Source: Candidatus Peribacter sp.
GTDB lineage: Bacteria; Patescibacteriota; Gracilibacteria; Peribacterales; Peribacteraceae
Reading direction: 5' to 3'
NCBI GenBank assembly: GCA_018652955.1
Contig: JABIBA010000013.1
Span: 164,253-228,252 of the forward strand
DNA length: 64,000 nt
Shown: one piece after another, positions 35,695 through 44,276 of the stretch
Position numbering within the stretch: the first letter of the stretch is position 1
How the letters are laid out: the number at the start of each line of letters is the position of its first letter
Notes under the pieces: model-generated
The model's database searches: none
Told to the model about the DNA's origin: nothing
Seen by the model: only the letters and a program-made list of their open reading frames with translations
Translations under genes and position numbers: made by a program

Positions 35695-36643
35695 TTGCAT
35701 CAGCCAAAGACTGTGCATCGCCTGTGTTACACAAAAACACTTCGTTGCCGTCGGTAAACATTTCGCCGATTGCATTGTTGCTTGCGGTGATTACAGGGAC
35801 TCCACATCCAACTGCATCGTAGACTTTGTGGGGGATCACACGGTTGGCTTTGTCTGATGTTCCAAAGATTCCAAGAGCGACGTCACAAGACCGTAGATAG
35901 TGTGGCAGATCTGTGAGAGGCATGAAGTCGAGGAACGTAACGTTCTTCAGATCTAACTCTTTTGCAAGTGCAGTCATATCGTTATACGTCTGTCCGTTAC
36001 CAATCAGTGTGAAGTGAATATCTGACTTGTCACTAAGTATTTTTGCTGCACGTAGAATGTATTCGATTCCCTGTAGAGGAATATAACTCCCAATAAACAG
36101 TGCATTGAATTTGTCTGCAGGCAATTTGTCTTCTTTAGGTCCGGGGCAGAAAAGATCTTTTAATGTCCCAACATACACAACACGAATGCGTTTGGCCTTT
36201 AAGAAGAATCTTTTTGAGAAGAATTGCTTGTGCGCTTCTGTATCGATCAATACTTCATCGGCAAGATGCGTAGAGATAACATCAGCGCCGTAGTAAAACC
36301 ATGCGAGTGGATTTATCCAACTAATTTTCTTTCTATCTGATACGAGCGTGTCACTGATAGAGATAAATGCGTCGAAGATCAGCTGCTTACGAGGGAACCG
36401 CGTGAGCCACCAAGCAATAGGCATGAGATAGTAGCCAGGAAAGTTTACCAGTAGGGCGTTGTACTCTTTTCGATGCTCTTTAAACTGCCGTAGAAGGTCT
36501 TTGTGCTTTCCGAAGAAGCCTTTAGAGGCTGTGAGGCACTCTCGTATCTCCCATCCCTCAGACTCATATAATTCCACCAAATTCCTGTATCTAGGCGATT
36601 TTGGGTCTGGGAAGCCGAAAGTGAGGAGAACGGGTTTATTCAT
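35672..36643 (-). CDS. GT4-like glycosyltransferase
   Basis: GT-B C-terminal block HKVYDAVGCGVPVITASNNAIGEMF. 323 aa. Confidence 0.75.
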   Translation of the reverse strand: MNKPVLLTFGFPDPKSPRYRNLVELYESEGWEIRECLTASKGFFGKHKDLLRQFKEHRKEYNALLVNFPGYYLMPIAWWLTRFPRKQLIFDAFISISDTLVSDRKKISWINPLAWFYYGADVISTHLADEVLIDTEAHKQFFSKRFFLKAKRIRVVYVGTLKDLFCPGPKEDKLPADKFNALFIGSYIPLQGIEYILRAAKILSDKSDIHFTLIGNGQTYNDMTALAKELDLKNVTFLDFMPLTDLPHYLRSCDVALGIFGTSDKANRVIPHKVYDAVGCGVPVITASNNAIGEMFTDGNEVFLCNTGDAQSLADAIMRVKNG

Positions 36644-36655
36644 GATACTATGCTA
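36643..36655. promoter_or_regulatory. overlapping divergent -10 boxes: TGaTACTAT (+, 7 nt to GTG 36659) and TAGCAT (-, 6 nt to ATG 36643)
   Basis: tgatactatgcta at 36643-36655. The junction between the two start codons is only 15 nt. Confidence 0.35.
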
Positions 36656-36658
36656 TGT

Positions 36659-37819
36659 GTGAAGATAGCCTACGTCACCCATACACGGTTTCCAACCGAG
36701 AAAGCCCACGGACATCAGATTGCCCGTGTCGCTGAGGCGATGGTAAAGCTGGGACATGATGTCACTTTGGCCTCTCCAGATATTCTGAATAAAATTACAC
36801 ATGATCATGTTCAGTATTATCATCTAGAAAAAGATTTTACTGCAAAGAAGATCGAAACATTTGATGCGTTTCAATCCAAGATTATTCCAGGACGCTTCGC
36901 TTTTCTCTTTACCATGTCCGGATATAGAAGGTCTCTTAAAAAGTATTTTGCAGATAATAAGTTCGACTTGTTGTATGCGCGTTCTCCTCAGGTTCTTCCG
37001 GCCCTTCTTTCTACAAAGATGCCTGTAGTGCTAGAGCTCCATACTCTGCCAAAGCGAGGAAAGAGTAAGTTTACTGCACTCTGCAAAAAATGTAAGCGCG
37101 TTGTATGCCTAACGAGTCCGATGCGCGATGAGCTTGTCTCTTGGGGAGTTCCAAAAAATAAAATTATTGTCGAAGGAGATGCGGTGGATTTAGAACGGTT
37201 TGAAAAACTTCCAACTATTAATAAGGCAAAGCATCATTTTGGCGTTCCGGATGATCGATTTATTATTGGATACATTGGGTCGTTGGTCACAATGGATAAA
37301 GTGCAGAAGGGGGTAGAGATTCTTATTAAGGCGATGCCTTCATTAAAGCAGCACTATCCAAATGTATTTTTATTTGTTGTAGGAGGTCCAGATCTTTGGA
37401 TAGAACGCTACAGAAAGCTTGCGCTTCATTCGGGACTTACCGATCATGATTTCTTATTCCACGGCCCTGTGCGTCCAAAGCTTGTCCCTGATGCGATGAC
37501 CGCATGTGATGTTTGTGTGTATCCATCTCCGGTGCCAAAGCATCAGTACTTTAAGCGAGATACATCACCGCTAAAACTCTTTGAGTATTTAGCAGCAGGC
37601 AAGCCTGTGATTTGTGCAGACATTCCTCCTGTACGAGACGTCGCTGATAAGACTATCGTACGGTTTGTGCAACCCGGAAGCGTGTCTTCTCTTGCTGGAG
37701 GACTTCGCGATGTAATCGACCATCCAGCAGAGGCAAAGCAGCGTTCTACTAAAGGACTTACCATGATTAAGAATCACAGTTGGAAAAAGAGAATGAAGCG
37801 CGTTCTTGATTCTCTCTAA
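36659..37819 (+). CDS. GT4 glycosyltransferase
   Basis: VKIAYVTHTRFPTEKAHG N-terminus and SPLKLFEYLAAGKPVICADIPP block. GTG 36659 is preferred over ATG 36650, which lies inside the -10 box. Start uncertain. Confidence 0.8.
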   Translation: MKIAYVTHTRFPTEKAHGHQIARVAEAMVKLGHDVTLASPDILNKITHDHVQYYHLEKDFTAKKIETFDAFQSKIIPGRFAFLFTMSGYRRSLKKYFADNKFDLLYARSPQVLPALLSTKMPVVLELHTLPKRGKSKFTALCKKCKRVVCLTSPMRDELVSWGVPKNKIIVEGDAVDLERFEKLPTINKAKHHFGVPDDRFIIGYIGSLVTMDKVQKGVEILIKAMPSLKQHYPNVFLFVVGGPDLWIERYRKLALHSGLTDHDFLFHGPVRPKLVPDAMTACDVCVYPSPVPKHQYFKRDTSPLKLFEYLAAGKPVICADIPPVRDVADKTIVRFVQPGSVSSLAGGLRDVIDHPAEAKQRSTKGLTMIKNHSWKKRMKRVLDSL

Positions 37820-38885
37820 TACGCAGTATGGCTTTTTGCGCATCTTATCCTTCTCTTGCAAAAAAACCGTCCAGTGCACTCTGGGCCTTTTCTGGGCAAT
37901 GATATTTTTCTGCGCGATCAACATCGCAGTGCAGACCTTAGTAAGTTTAGATAACTTCGAACGCATGCTAAATCAGCCCAGTGAAAATGAGTTACTTGGA
38001 ATGATGCATTTACTAGGCAGTGATGACAATGAGCATCTCGTAATGGTGGGGGATAGTACGGTGTGGGGTGTGAGTGCAGATTTTGATGAATCATTCGCAG
38101 GATTACTTTCTACTAGATTAGGAGAAGACAGTGCTGAGGTTGTAAATCTAGCTGTCCCTGGGATGTCATTCCTTGATGAGTATGCTGTTATAGAGAATCT
38201 TTGGAACCCTCACGACACCTATATAGTTTTTATAAATCCTATATGGTTTCATGATAGATATAACGACAAAACCCCAGAGGACTACATCAGATTTCCTCAG
38301 CTAGTATCACGCTATTTATCTGAAAGTGCAGGTGCATTAGAAGAGTGTTGTAACTTCTCTCTTTTAGCAGGCAAGCCTCCATTGCAGCGTGCTATTACAG
38401 ATGTCGTGATGCGCTACGTTCCTTTGTTTCGCAATAGAGATCTAGTCAATAAGCAGATGCTTGGAATGCAGCCTAGCATTGCAGAAAACACGATATTACA
38501 TCGTATAGCTGCGATGAATTTTGCAGGAGCTATTCAGCGTGAAGAGTTAGCTCCAGATGAGGGCGATACTGAAGAGAAAGAGACTGCTCTTGCACTTGAT
38601 ATAGAGAAATCCAGATCATTTGGATTGCTGAAGCATGTACTAAGTCTCTCAGAGAAGAGAGACAACGTGCATTACGTTATTTTAGATGATAACTGGTACG
38701 AACGAACCGCCTTGCACAAAGAGAGTATGAACAAACTTGAGCAGCTCTTTGAGGGGAGACATGTTTTGAATGTGCATAATGCATTTGAGCAAAAGCATTA
38801 TTTTGGAAATGGTTATACACACTTAAATAGTGCCGGTCATATATTAATGACAGACCTTCTCTACGACTTTCTTTATGCCAACTAA
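37806..38885 (+). CDS. membrane-anchored SGNH/DltD-like protein (putative O-acyltransferase partner)
   Basis: TM anchor followed by VMVGDSTVWGV (block I GDS). Immediately upstream of and overlapping the MBOAT gene. Start uncertain (TTG 37806 or ATG 37899). Confidence 0.5.
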   Translation: MILSNTQYGFLRILSFSCKKTVQCTLGLFWAMIFFCAINIAVQTLVSLDNFERMLNQPSENELLGMMHLLGSDDNEHLVMVGDSTVWGVSADFDESFAGLLSTRLGEDSAEVVNLAVPGMSFLDEYAVIENLWNPHDTYIVFINPIWFHDRYNDKTPEDYIRFPQLVSRYLSESAGALEECCNFSLLAGKPPLQRAITDVVMRYVPLFRNRDLVNKQMLGMQPSIAENTILHRIAAMNFAGAIQREELAPDEGDTEEKETALALDIEKSRSFGLLKHVLSLSEKRDNVHYVILDDNWYERTALHKESMNKLEQLFEGRHVLNVHNAFEQKHYFGNGYTHLNSAGHILMTDLLYDFLYAN

Positions 38886-39993
38886 TTCAGCACTGTACAT
38901 CGCATTCCTCCTCTTTGGTGTTGGAATATACTGGGTAGCCCCTGTGCGTTTTCGTAAAAGCATACTGCTGCTACTTAGTGTGTTGTTTTATGCCTATTAC
39001 AGCGTAGGCAATCTCGTGTTACTACTGTTGATTACTGCATTTACGTATGCAGCTGCACAATTACTTCTAAAACTTAAGAGGCTACGTACGTTGTTATTTT
39101 CTGTAGCAGTACTTGTGCTTGGACTGTGTGCGTTTAAGTATCTGTCACAGATACCTCTCGCATCTTTGCGAGCATTTGATTTGGTGATGCCTCTGGGAAT
39201 GTCTTATTTCACGTTTGAATTTATTTCATTGCTGACAGATATTTATAGAGGATCTATAAAAAGTTGTTCGTTTAGTAACATCTGTACCTATGGACTCTTT
39301 TTTCCAGCACGGAGTGCAGGACCTATAAAACGGTTTGATCATTTTGTAGCCCAACTCAGTACGCCAAAGATGGAACCGAAATATCTGTACTACGGCTTAC
39401 TGTTTTTGCTGATGGGGTATGCACAGAAAATAATTATTGCAGATCCGTTGGTTCCATTTACCAATGCTTTGCAAGATCCTGCGAATTTTACGAGTGCATT
39501 TGATGGACTGGTGCATTTATATGCGTACTCGATTCGTATTTACGCAGACTTTGCGGGACTTAGTAATATTGCGATTGGAAGTGCATTACTCTTTGGAATT
39601 GTGATACCTAAGAACTTTGAATACCCTTATCTACAAGCCAATATCGCGATGTTCTGGCGCAAGTGGCATATGAGTCTTAGCGACTGGGCACGAGACTATA
39701 TTTACATTCCTCTAGGAGGAAATCGAGCATCACTTATGCGATCACTTTTCAATCTCGTCGCTGTCATGTTTATCATTGGTATTTGGCATGGCTCTACAAG
39801 CAACTTCGCAGTCTGGGGACTGTGGCATGGTGCAGGACTTGTTGTTCATCGTCTGTGGACACTCAGCGGCCTTAGAATGAATAAGCTTCTTGGTATTTTC
39901 ATTACATTTCACTTCGTCACTCTTGGTTGGGCATTCTTTGTCACCAGTTCGTTTGCGACTTCTATAGATATATTACGTACACTTCTTCTCTAA
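38875..39993 (+). CDS. MBOAT-family membrane O-acyltransferase (AlgI/PatA/DltB-like)
   Basis: FWRKWHMSLSDWARDYIYIPLGGNR and IWHGS (catalytic His) blocks. Polytopic. Confidence 0.88.
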   Translation: MPTNSALYIAFLLFGVGIYWVAPVRFRKSILLLLSVLFYAYYSVGNLVLLLLITAFTYAAAQLLLKLKRLRTLLFSVAVLVLGLCAFKYLSQIPLASLRAFDLVMPLGMSYFTFEFISLLTDIYRGSIKSCSFSNICTYGLFFPARSAGPIKRFDHFVAQLSTPKMEPKYLYYGLLFLLMGYAQKIIIADPLVPFTNALQDPANFTSAFDGLVHLYAYSIRIYADFAGLSNIAIGSALLFGIVIPKNFEYPYLQANIAMFWRKWHMSLSDWARDYIYIPLGGNRASLMRSLFNLVAVMFIIGIWHGSTSNFAVWGLWHGAGLVVHRLWTLSGLRMNKLLGIFITFHFVTLGWAFFVTSSFATSIDILRTLLL

Positions 39994-40083
39994 TGTTTTC
40001 ATTACGAAATATTGTAACCGGCTTACTCATTGCACTCGTACTTAGTGCAGTGGTGCTTTGGAGTCAGGAGTCTGTGGAAGTAT

Positions 40084-41079
40084 TTATTTATAGTACGTTT
40101 TAAGAATGTATTTAGCTGCATCCTCAATAGCTTGAGGACTTGGATGTACGGTGTCCCACGAGAGAGTTTCTACTTGATTACTAAAGAGTTCGTAGAGGTC
40201 GATTACTATAAATCCGTGACGTTCAGCTATCACGGTTAGTTTTACTCGTTCTTCTGTATGTAAAAAGTTATCAGGCCAGATAACAAAGGTTCGATTGTCA
40301 GGAAGGTCTTGTGCAAGAGTTTCTAGATCCTGTTCGTATTCTTCAAGATGCTCAAGAAGAGATATTGCCTCTACTTCTTCTGTTGCGCGTTCTTCTTCTC
40401 GGTTTGCTTTGCTTGCCTTCAGGTTCATGAGTTTTTTGAATGCTTTATAAAATGCACTGTGAGTATCCAGCCAACACTTACCAGGAATAAATCCAAGCAC
40501 TCCAGTTTCTATAGGCTGACACACCCTGTCTGCTGGTACCCAGTTGTGTCCGCGTAAGATTCCTTGGCTATCTAGTATTCCTGGAAGGCCTGCATTGAGA
40601 TCATTCCAGTAAAAGACGAGCACAACACTTTCGGGTTCTAGTGGTTCAACCTTTTGCCTATACGTAGCGGTTTGTTGTCCAAGCTGATATCCCGGTACTG
40701 CGGCGTTTAGATAGTGTGCATTGATATTATGTTTGCTGAGTTGAGCAGCGAGCGTCTCTGTATTTTCTACACCGTGACCAAATGCAATGGAGTCACCGAG
40801 AACAGCAACCAGTTTTCGCCCAGATGGCTCAGGACTTGCAGAGTTAAGACGAAGTCCTCGTTGGTCTGTACTGACGGTTGCTTTGTATGCAGGTTCACTA
40901 CGCAAGTTTGGAATTAGCTCATAGCTAATCTCAGAGATTTCAGATTGCTGATATATTTTAGGTGGATTAGGTTTAACGGTTTGCAATCCCGTTATGCGCA
41001 GTCCAAACTCAGCAACAAGAAAGAATCCGATAATAGATCCTGTAACGAGGCCTGTGTTAATGAGAAGATCTTTGCGCAT
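40084..41079 (-). CDS. membrane-anchored SGNH/GDSL hydrolase-acyltransferase
   Basis: VAVLGDSIAFGHGV (block I) and WDTVHPSPQA (block V DxxH). N-terminal TM. ATG 41079 overlaps the carbamoyltransferase stop. Confidence 0.65.
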   Translation of the reverse strand: MRKDLLINTGLVTGSIIGFFLVAEFGLRITGLQTVKPNPPKIYQQSEISEISYELIPNLRSEPAYKATVSTDQRGLRLNSASPEPSGRKLVAVLGDSIAFGHGVENTETLAAQLSKHNINAHYLNAAVPGYQLGQQTATYRQKVEPLEPESVVLVFYWNDLNAGLPGILDSQGILRGHNWVPADRVCQPIETGVLGFIPGKCWLDTHSAFYKAFKKLMNLKASKANREEERATEEVEAISLLEHLEEYEQDLETLAQDLPDNRTFVIWPDNFLHTEERVKLTVIAERHGFIVIDLYELFSNQVETLSWDTVHPSPQAIEDAAKYILKTYYK

Positions 41080-42839
41080 CAATCAAGTTCAAATTTATCG
41101 AGATAGTCTGCACTTTGCAACACACGGTTTGTAGGCATATCACTCTTCTTCATTAAAATATTACCCATTACTAGGTAATCCATGTGCGTGTTTAAGAAGC
41201 AATTCAAAGCGTCTTTAGGACTCTCTACGATCGGTTCTCCTCGGACATTAAATGAAGTGTTAATAATTACCGCACAACCAGTCTTCTCGCGGAAGGCTTT
41301 GATCAGATTATAATATTTAGAGTTCTGCTTTTCGGAGGTTGTTTGAATACGCGCGCTGCCATCGACGTGTGTTACCGCAGGAATCATGTCGCGCTTATCA
41401 GGTTGCACATCTGCGACGAGCAACATGTAGGGGCTCTCTCTATCAAGATCGAAATACTCAGAAACATTTTCTTCAAGAACTGTTGGTGCAAATGGGCGGA
41501 AGCTTTCGCGGAACTTAATTTTCAAATTTACTTTCTGCCAGTTTTCTTTATTTCGCGCATCGGCAATGATCGATCTGTTTCCCAAAGCCCTTGGTCCAAA
41601 CTCCATGCGTCCTTGGAACCACCCGATAACGTTTTCACCTTCTAGGAGCGAAGAAACAGTATCAATTAACTGAGATTCATCGAGCTTCTCGTACGGGAGA
41701 TTTTCATTCTTTAGGAACGTCTCTACGTCATCATCTGAATATTCAGTACCCCAGTAGACATCATTCATCTTTGGAAGTCTCTCTCCTCCAAACTTCTTAT
41801 GCCAAATAGATAGAGCAACACCTAGGGCTCCTCCTGCATCACCAGCAGCAGGCTGAATAAAGATATCTTTGAAGAGTCCAGATCGTAATATTTCTCCGTT
41901 GGCTACACAGTTGAGTGCGACACCACCTGCAAGACAGAGGTTTTCTGACGGGCAGATCTCTTTTGCGTGTTTACAGATTTTGAGCATCGCTTCTTCGGTA
42001 ACTTTTTGTACGGATGCTGCGATGTCTTTATGAAACTGTGTTAATTCAGATTCTGGTTTTCTTGTTGGCTCTCCAAAGAGCTTCTCTATCTTCTTTCCTG
42101 TCATTCTTAGTCCGTGTTCATACGAGAAGTACTTCATGTTGAGTGCAAACGACCCGTCATCTTTTATTTCTATAAGTTCTTTAAACTGGTTAACGTACTT
42201 TGGCTCTCCATAAGGAGCGAGTCCCATTACTTTATATTCTGCACTGTTTACTTTAAATCCGATGTAATAGGTGACTGCGCTATAGAGCAGCCCAAGTGAG
42301 TGCGGGAAGTGGATCTCTTGTTTGAGGTCTAATGCTTTATCATTCCCGTATCCGATAGTGGTCGTTGCCCATTCTCCAACACCGTCGACAGTCACTACAG
42401 CAGAATCGTTAAACCCACTACAGTAAAAACTGGAAGCTGCGTGGGACTCATGATGTGGAACGTAGAAGACTTTTCCTTTGTATCCTAAGTCCTTTTCGAT
42501 GTGCTGTGGGATCCAAAGTTTTGTGTGCATCCATTCTTGCATTGCCATTTGATACTGACGAAGCCCAAGTGGCCACGTCTTAAAGTATGTTGAAAGAATA
42601 CGGTCAAAGAACTTGAGCATTGGCTTTTCGTAAAACCCAATGGCATCTACTTCATCAATAGTTATTTGCGCATGATCTAGCGCTTTAGCGATAGCGTCTG
42701 TTGGTAGGCGGTCATCTTGTTTCTTGCGTGTGTAGCGTTCTTCTTGGGCCGCAAACACCACCTTTCCATCTTTAAGAAGCACAGCACCTGCATCGTGGTA
42801 GTAGCAAGAGAGGCCGAGGATGTAGGTAGGTTTGCTCAT
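41079..42839 (-). CDS. carbamoyltransferase (NodU/CmcH family)
   Basis: ILGLSCYYHDAGAVLLKDGKVVFAAQEERYTRKK N-terminus and C-terminal NTSFN block. 586 aa. Confidence 0.9.
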   Translation of the reverse strand: MSKPTYILGLSCYYHDAGAVLLKDGKVVFAAQEERYTRKKQDDRLPTDAIAKALDHAQITIDEVDAIGFYEKPMLKFFDRILSTYFKTWPLGLRQYQMAMQEWMHTKLWIPQHIEKDLGYKGKVFYVPHHESHAASSFYCSGFNDSAVVTVDGVGEWATTTIGYGNDKALDLKQEIHFPHSLGLLYSAVTYYIGFKVNSAEYKVMGLAPYGEPKYVNQFKELIEIKDDGSFALNMKYFSYEHGLRMTGKKIEKLFGEPTRKPESELTQFHKDIAASVQKVTEEAMLKICKHAKEICPSENLCLAGGVALNCVANGEILRSGLFKDIFIQPAAGDAGGALGVALSIWHKKFGGERLPKMNDVYWGTEYSDDDVETFLKNENLPYEKLDESQLIDTVSSLLEGENVIGWFQGRMEFGPRALGNRSIIADARNKENWQKVNLKIKFRESFRPFAPTVLEENVSEYFDLDRESPYMLLVADVQPDKRDMIPAVTHVDGSARIQTTSEKQNSKYYNLIKAFREKTGCAVIINTSFNVRGEPIVESPKDALNCFLNTHMDYLVMGNILMKKSDMPTNRVLQSADYLDKFELD

Positions 42840-43135
42840 TAAAATTGGTGGTTCATAGATTCAACAGTCGTTGGTTCGACGTCGATCCAGTACGTGTTTG
42901 GCTTAGTTTTAAATCGCTTAGGGAATGTGATTATTTTTATAACAATTGCATAGATACCGAATCCAACGATCCACAAAACAGTAAGAATCAAAAAGCTCAT
43001 TACTGTTCCTAGGACATGTGAAAACTTTTTCCAAAGTGCATAGATCCAACTAATCGGAGGAGGGAGCCTCTCTTCATATTTGTCACAGAGAAGAACCGTT
43101 ACAACCAACAAGGCTAGGATAATCAGGAGCTTCAT
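42839..43135 (-). CDS. small membrane protein (SxtJ-like, carbamoyltransferase-associated)
   Basis: 98 aa, 3 hydrophobic helices. 1-nt overlap with the carbamoyltransferase start. Family recalled from similar gene neighbourhoods, not verified. Confidence 0.4.
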   Translation of the reverse strand: MKLLIILALLVVTVLLCDKYEERLPPPISWIYALWKKFSHVLGTVMSFLILTVLWIVGFGIYAIVIKIITFPKRFKTKPNTYWIDVEPTTVESMNHQF

Positions 43136-43294
43136 TTAGAAAACGGTATAGATGAAGGGTGCCAAAGCAGACCCTTGAGCGAAGACTAAGATCAGTCCTA
43201 AGAGAACGATCATAATAAGCATAGGTAGTAGCCACCACTTCTTGCGGACTTTAAGAAATTTCCAGAGCTCGGAAAATATTGCGAGTTTGCTCAT
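43136..43294 (-). CDS. DUF5989-like small membrane protein
   Basis: From ATG 43294: MSKLAIFSELWKFLKVRKKWWLLPMLIMIVLLGLILVFAQGSALAPFIYTVF, which matches the remembered DUF5989 pattern (..LWxFLKxRKKWWLxP...PFIYTxF). ATGA overlap with the upstream M50 gene. Confidence 0.6.
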   Translation of the reverse strand: MSKLAIFSELWKFLKVRKKWWLLPMLIMIVLLGLILVFAQGSALAPFIYTVF

Positions 43295-43959
43295 ATAAGT
43301 GCGTACATAAGACCTAAAAACGGAGCCATGATAATCGAAATCCACATGCTTAGTACCGGAAGTCCAAAGGCACGACCTGCAACGATCAGTCCCAACAAAA
43401 TAAACGGTCCTTTCTGCATAAATTGCTGATACTGATATTCGTATTCATACGGCAAGAAGATACGAATGATCTTACTTCCATCGAGAGGGGCTATTGGCAG
43501 GAGGTTAAATGCCATCAATACAAGATTGATATGAATGATGTCACCAAGAAGCTCTGCAATAAAGCTGATAATTACGGGTTGGTTGTTTGGAGCGATCAAG
43601 GCTCCTGTGACTGCGAGTACCTCTGCTTTCATTCCAAAGAGAAGCGCAAGCGCGAATGCTCCGAATGCAAGGATGATATTGCTGAGAGGTCCTGCAAAGG
43701 CCACGATCGCACTGTCGCGTATGGCGTGCTTAAAGTAGCGAGGGTCTACTGGAACTGGCTTTCCCCATCCAAATCCTACTAGGACAAAGAGAACTGTTCC
43801 AACAGGGTCTAGGTGTGCGAGGGGGTTGAGAGTCAGCCTTCCATCGTACTTGGCTGTAGGGTCTCCTAATTTAAAGGCTGCATATCCGTGTGCCCATTCG
43901 TGTACGGCTACTGCTATTAAGATAGCAATAATAAAGGTAGGGGAGAGGAATGGGACCAT
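43291..43959 (-). CDS. M50 site-2 protease family zinc metalloprotease
   Basis: HEWAHG (HExxH) in a TM helix and NLLPIAPLDGSKI (NxxPxxxLDG). ATG 43959 is preferred over TTG 43980. Confidence 0.8.
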   Translation of the reverse strand: MVPFLSPTFIIAILIAVAVHEWAHGYAAFKLGDPTAKYDGRLTLNPLAHLDPVGTVLFVLVGFGWGKPVPVDPRYFKHAIRDSAIVAFAGPLSNIILAFGAFALALLFGMKAEVLAVTGALIAPNNQPVIISFIAELLGDIIHINLVLMAFNLLPIAPLDGSKIIRIFLPYEYEYQYQQFMQKGPFILLGLIVAGRAFGLPVLSMWISIIMAPFLGLMYALI

Positions 43960-44066
43960 GTACAGGGCAGGATAGGGCAAAGCTCCTTTAAGGGGAACAA
44001 AGGATTGTCGTAAATCCTCATAATCTATTTGACCTAAATCACTCTAATCCGTAGGATTTCCCCGAA

Positions 44067-44276
44067 ATGGCACGCAAATGCAGCAAAACAGGCAAGAGAA
44101 CTTCTTCAGGTCAAACCCGAAGTAAGTCTATGCGTTCTACTAAAAGGACGTATAAGCCAAATATTCAAAAGAAGAGAGTATTTGACCCTGCAACTGGTGA
44201 ATACAAGACTATCAAGGTAGCAGCGTCTTACTTGCGCACCTTGGCTAAGAGAATGCAGGAAGGAAAGAAGATCTAG
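44067..44276 (+). CDS. rpmB: 50S ribosomal protein L28
   Basis: MARKCSKTGKRTSSGQTRSKSMRSTKRTYKPNIQKKR is diagnostic. Confidence 0.9.
   Translation: MARKCSKTGKRTSSGQTRSKSMRSTKRTYKPNIQKKRVFDPATGEYKTIKVAASYLRTLAKRMQEGKKI

Noticed and set aside
40031-40049. Hairpin TGCACT-cgtactt-AGTGCA between MBOAT and the convergent SGNH gene as a terminator
   Set aside because: The stem is only 6 bp with no adjacent T-run on either strand. Too weak to call.
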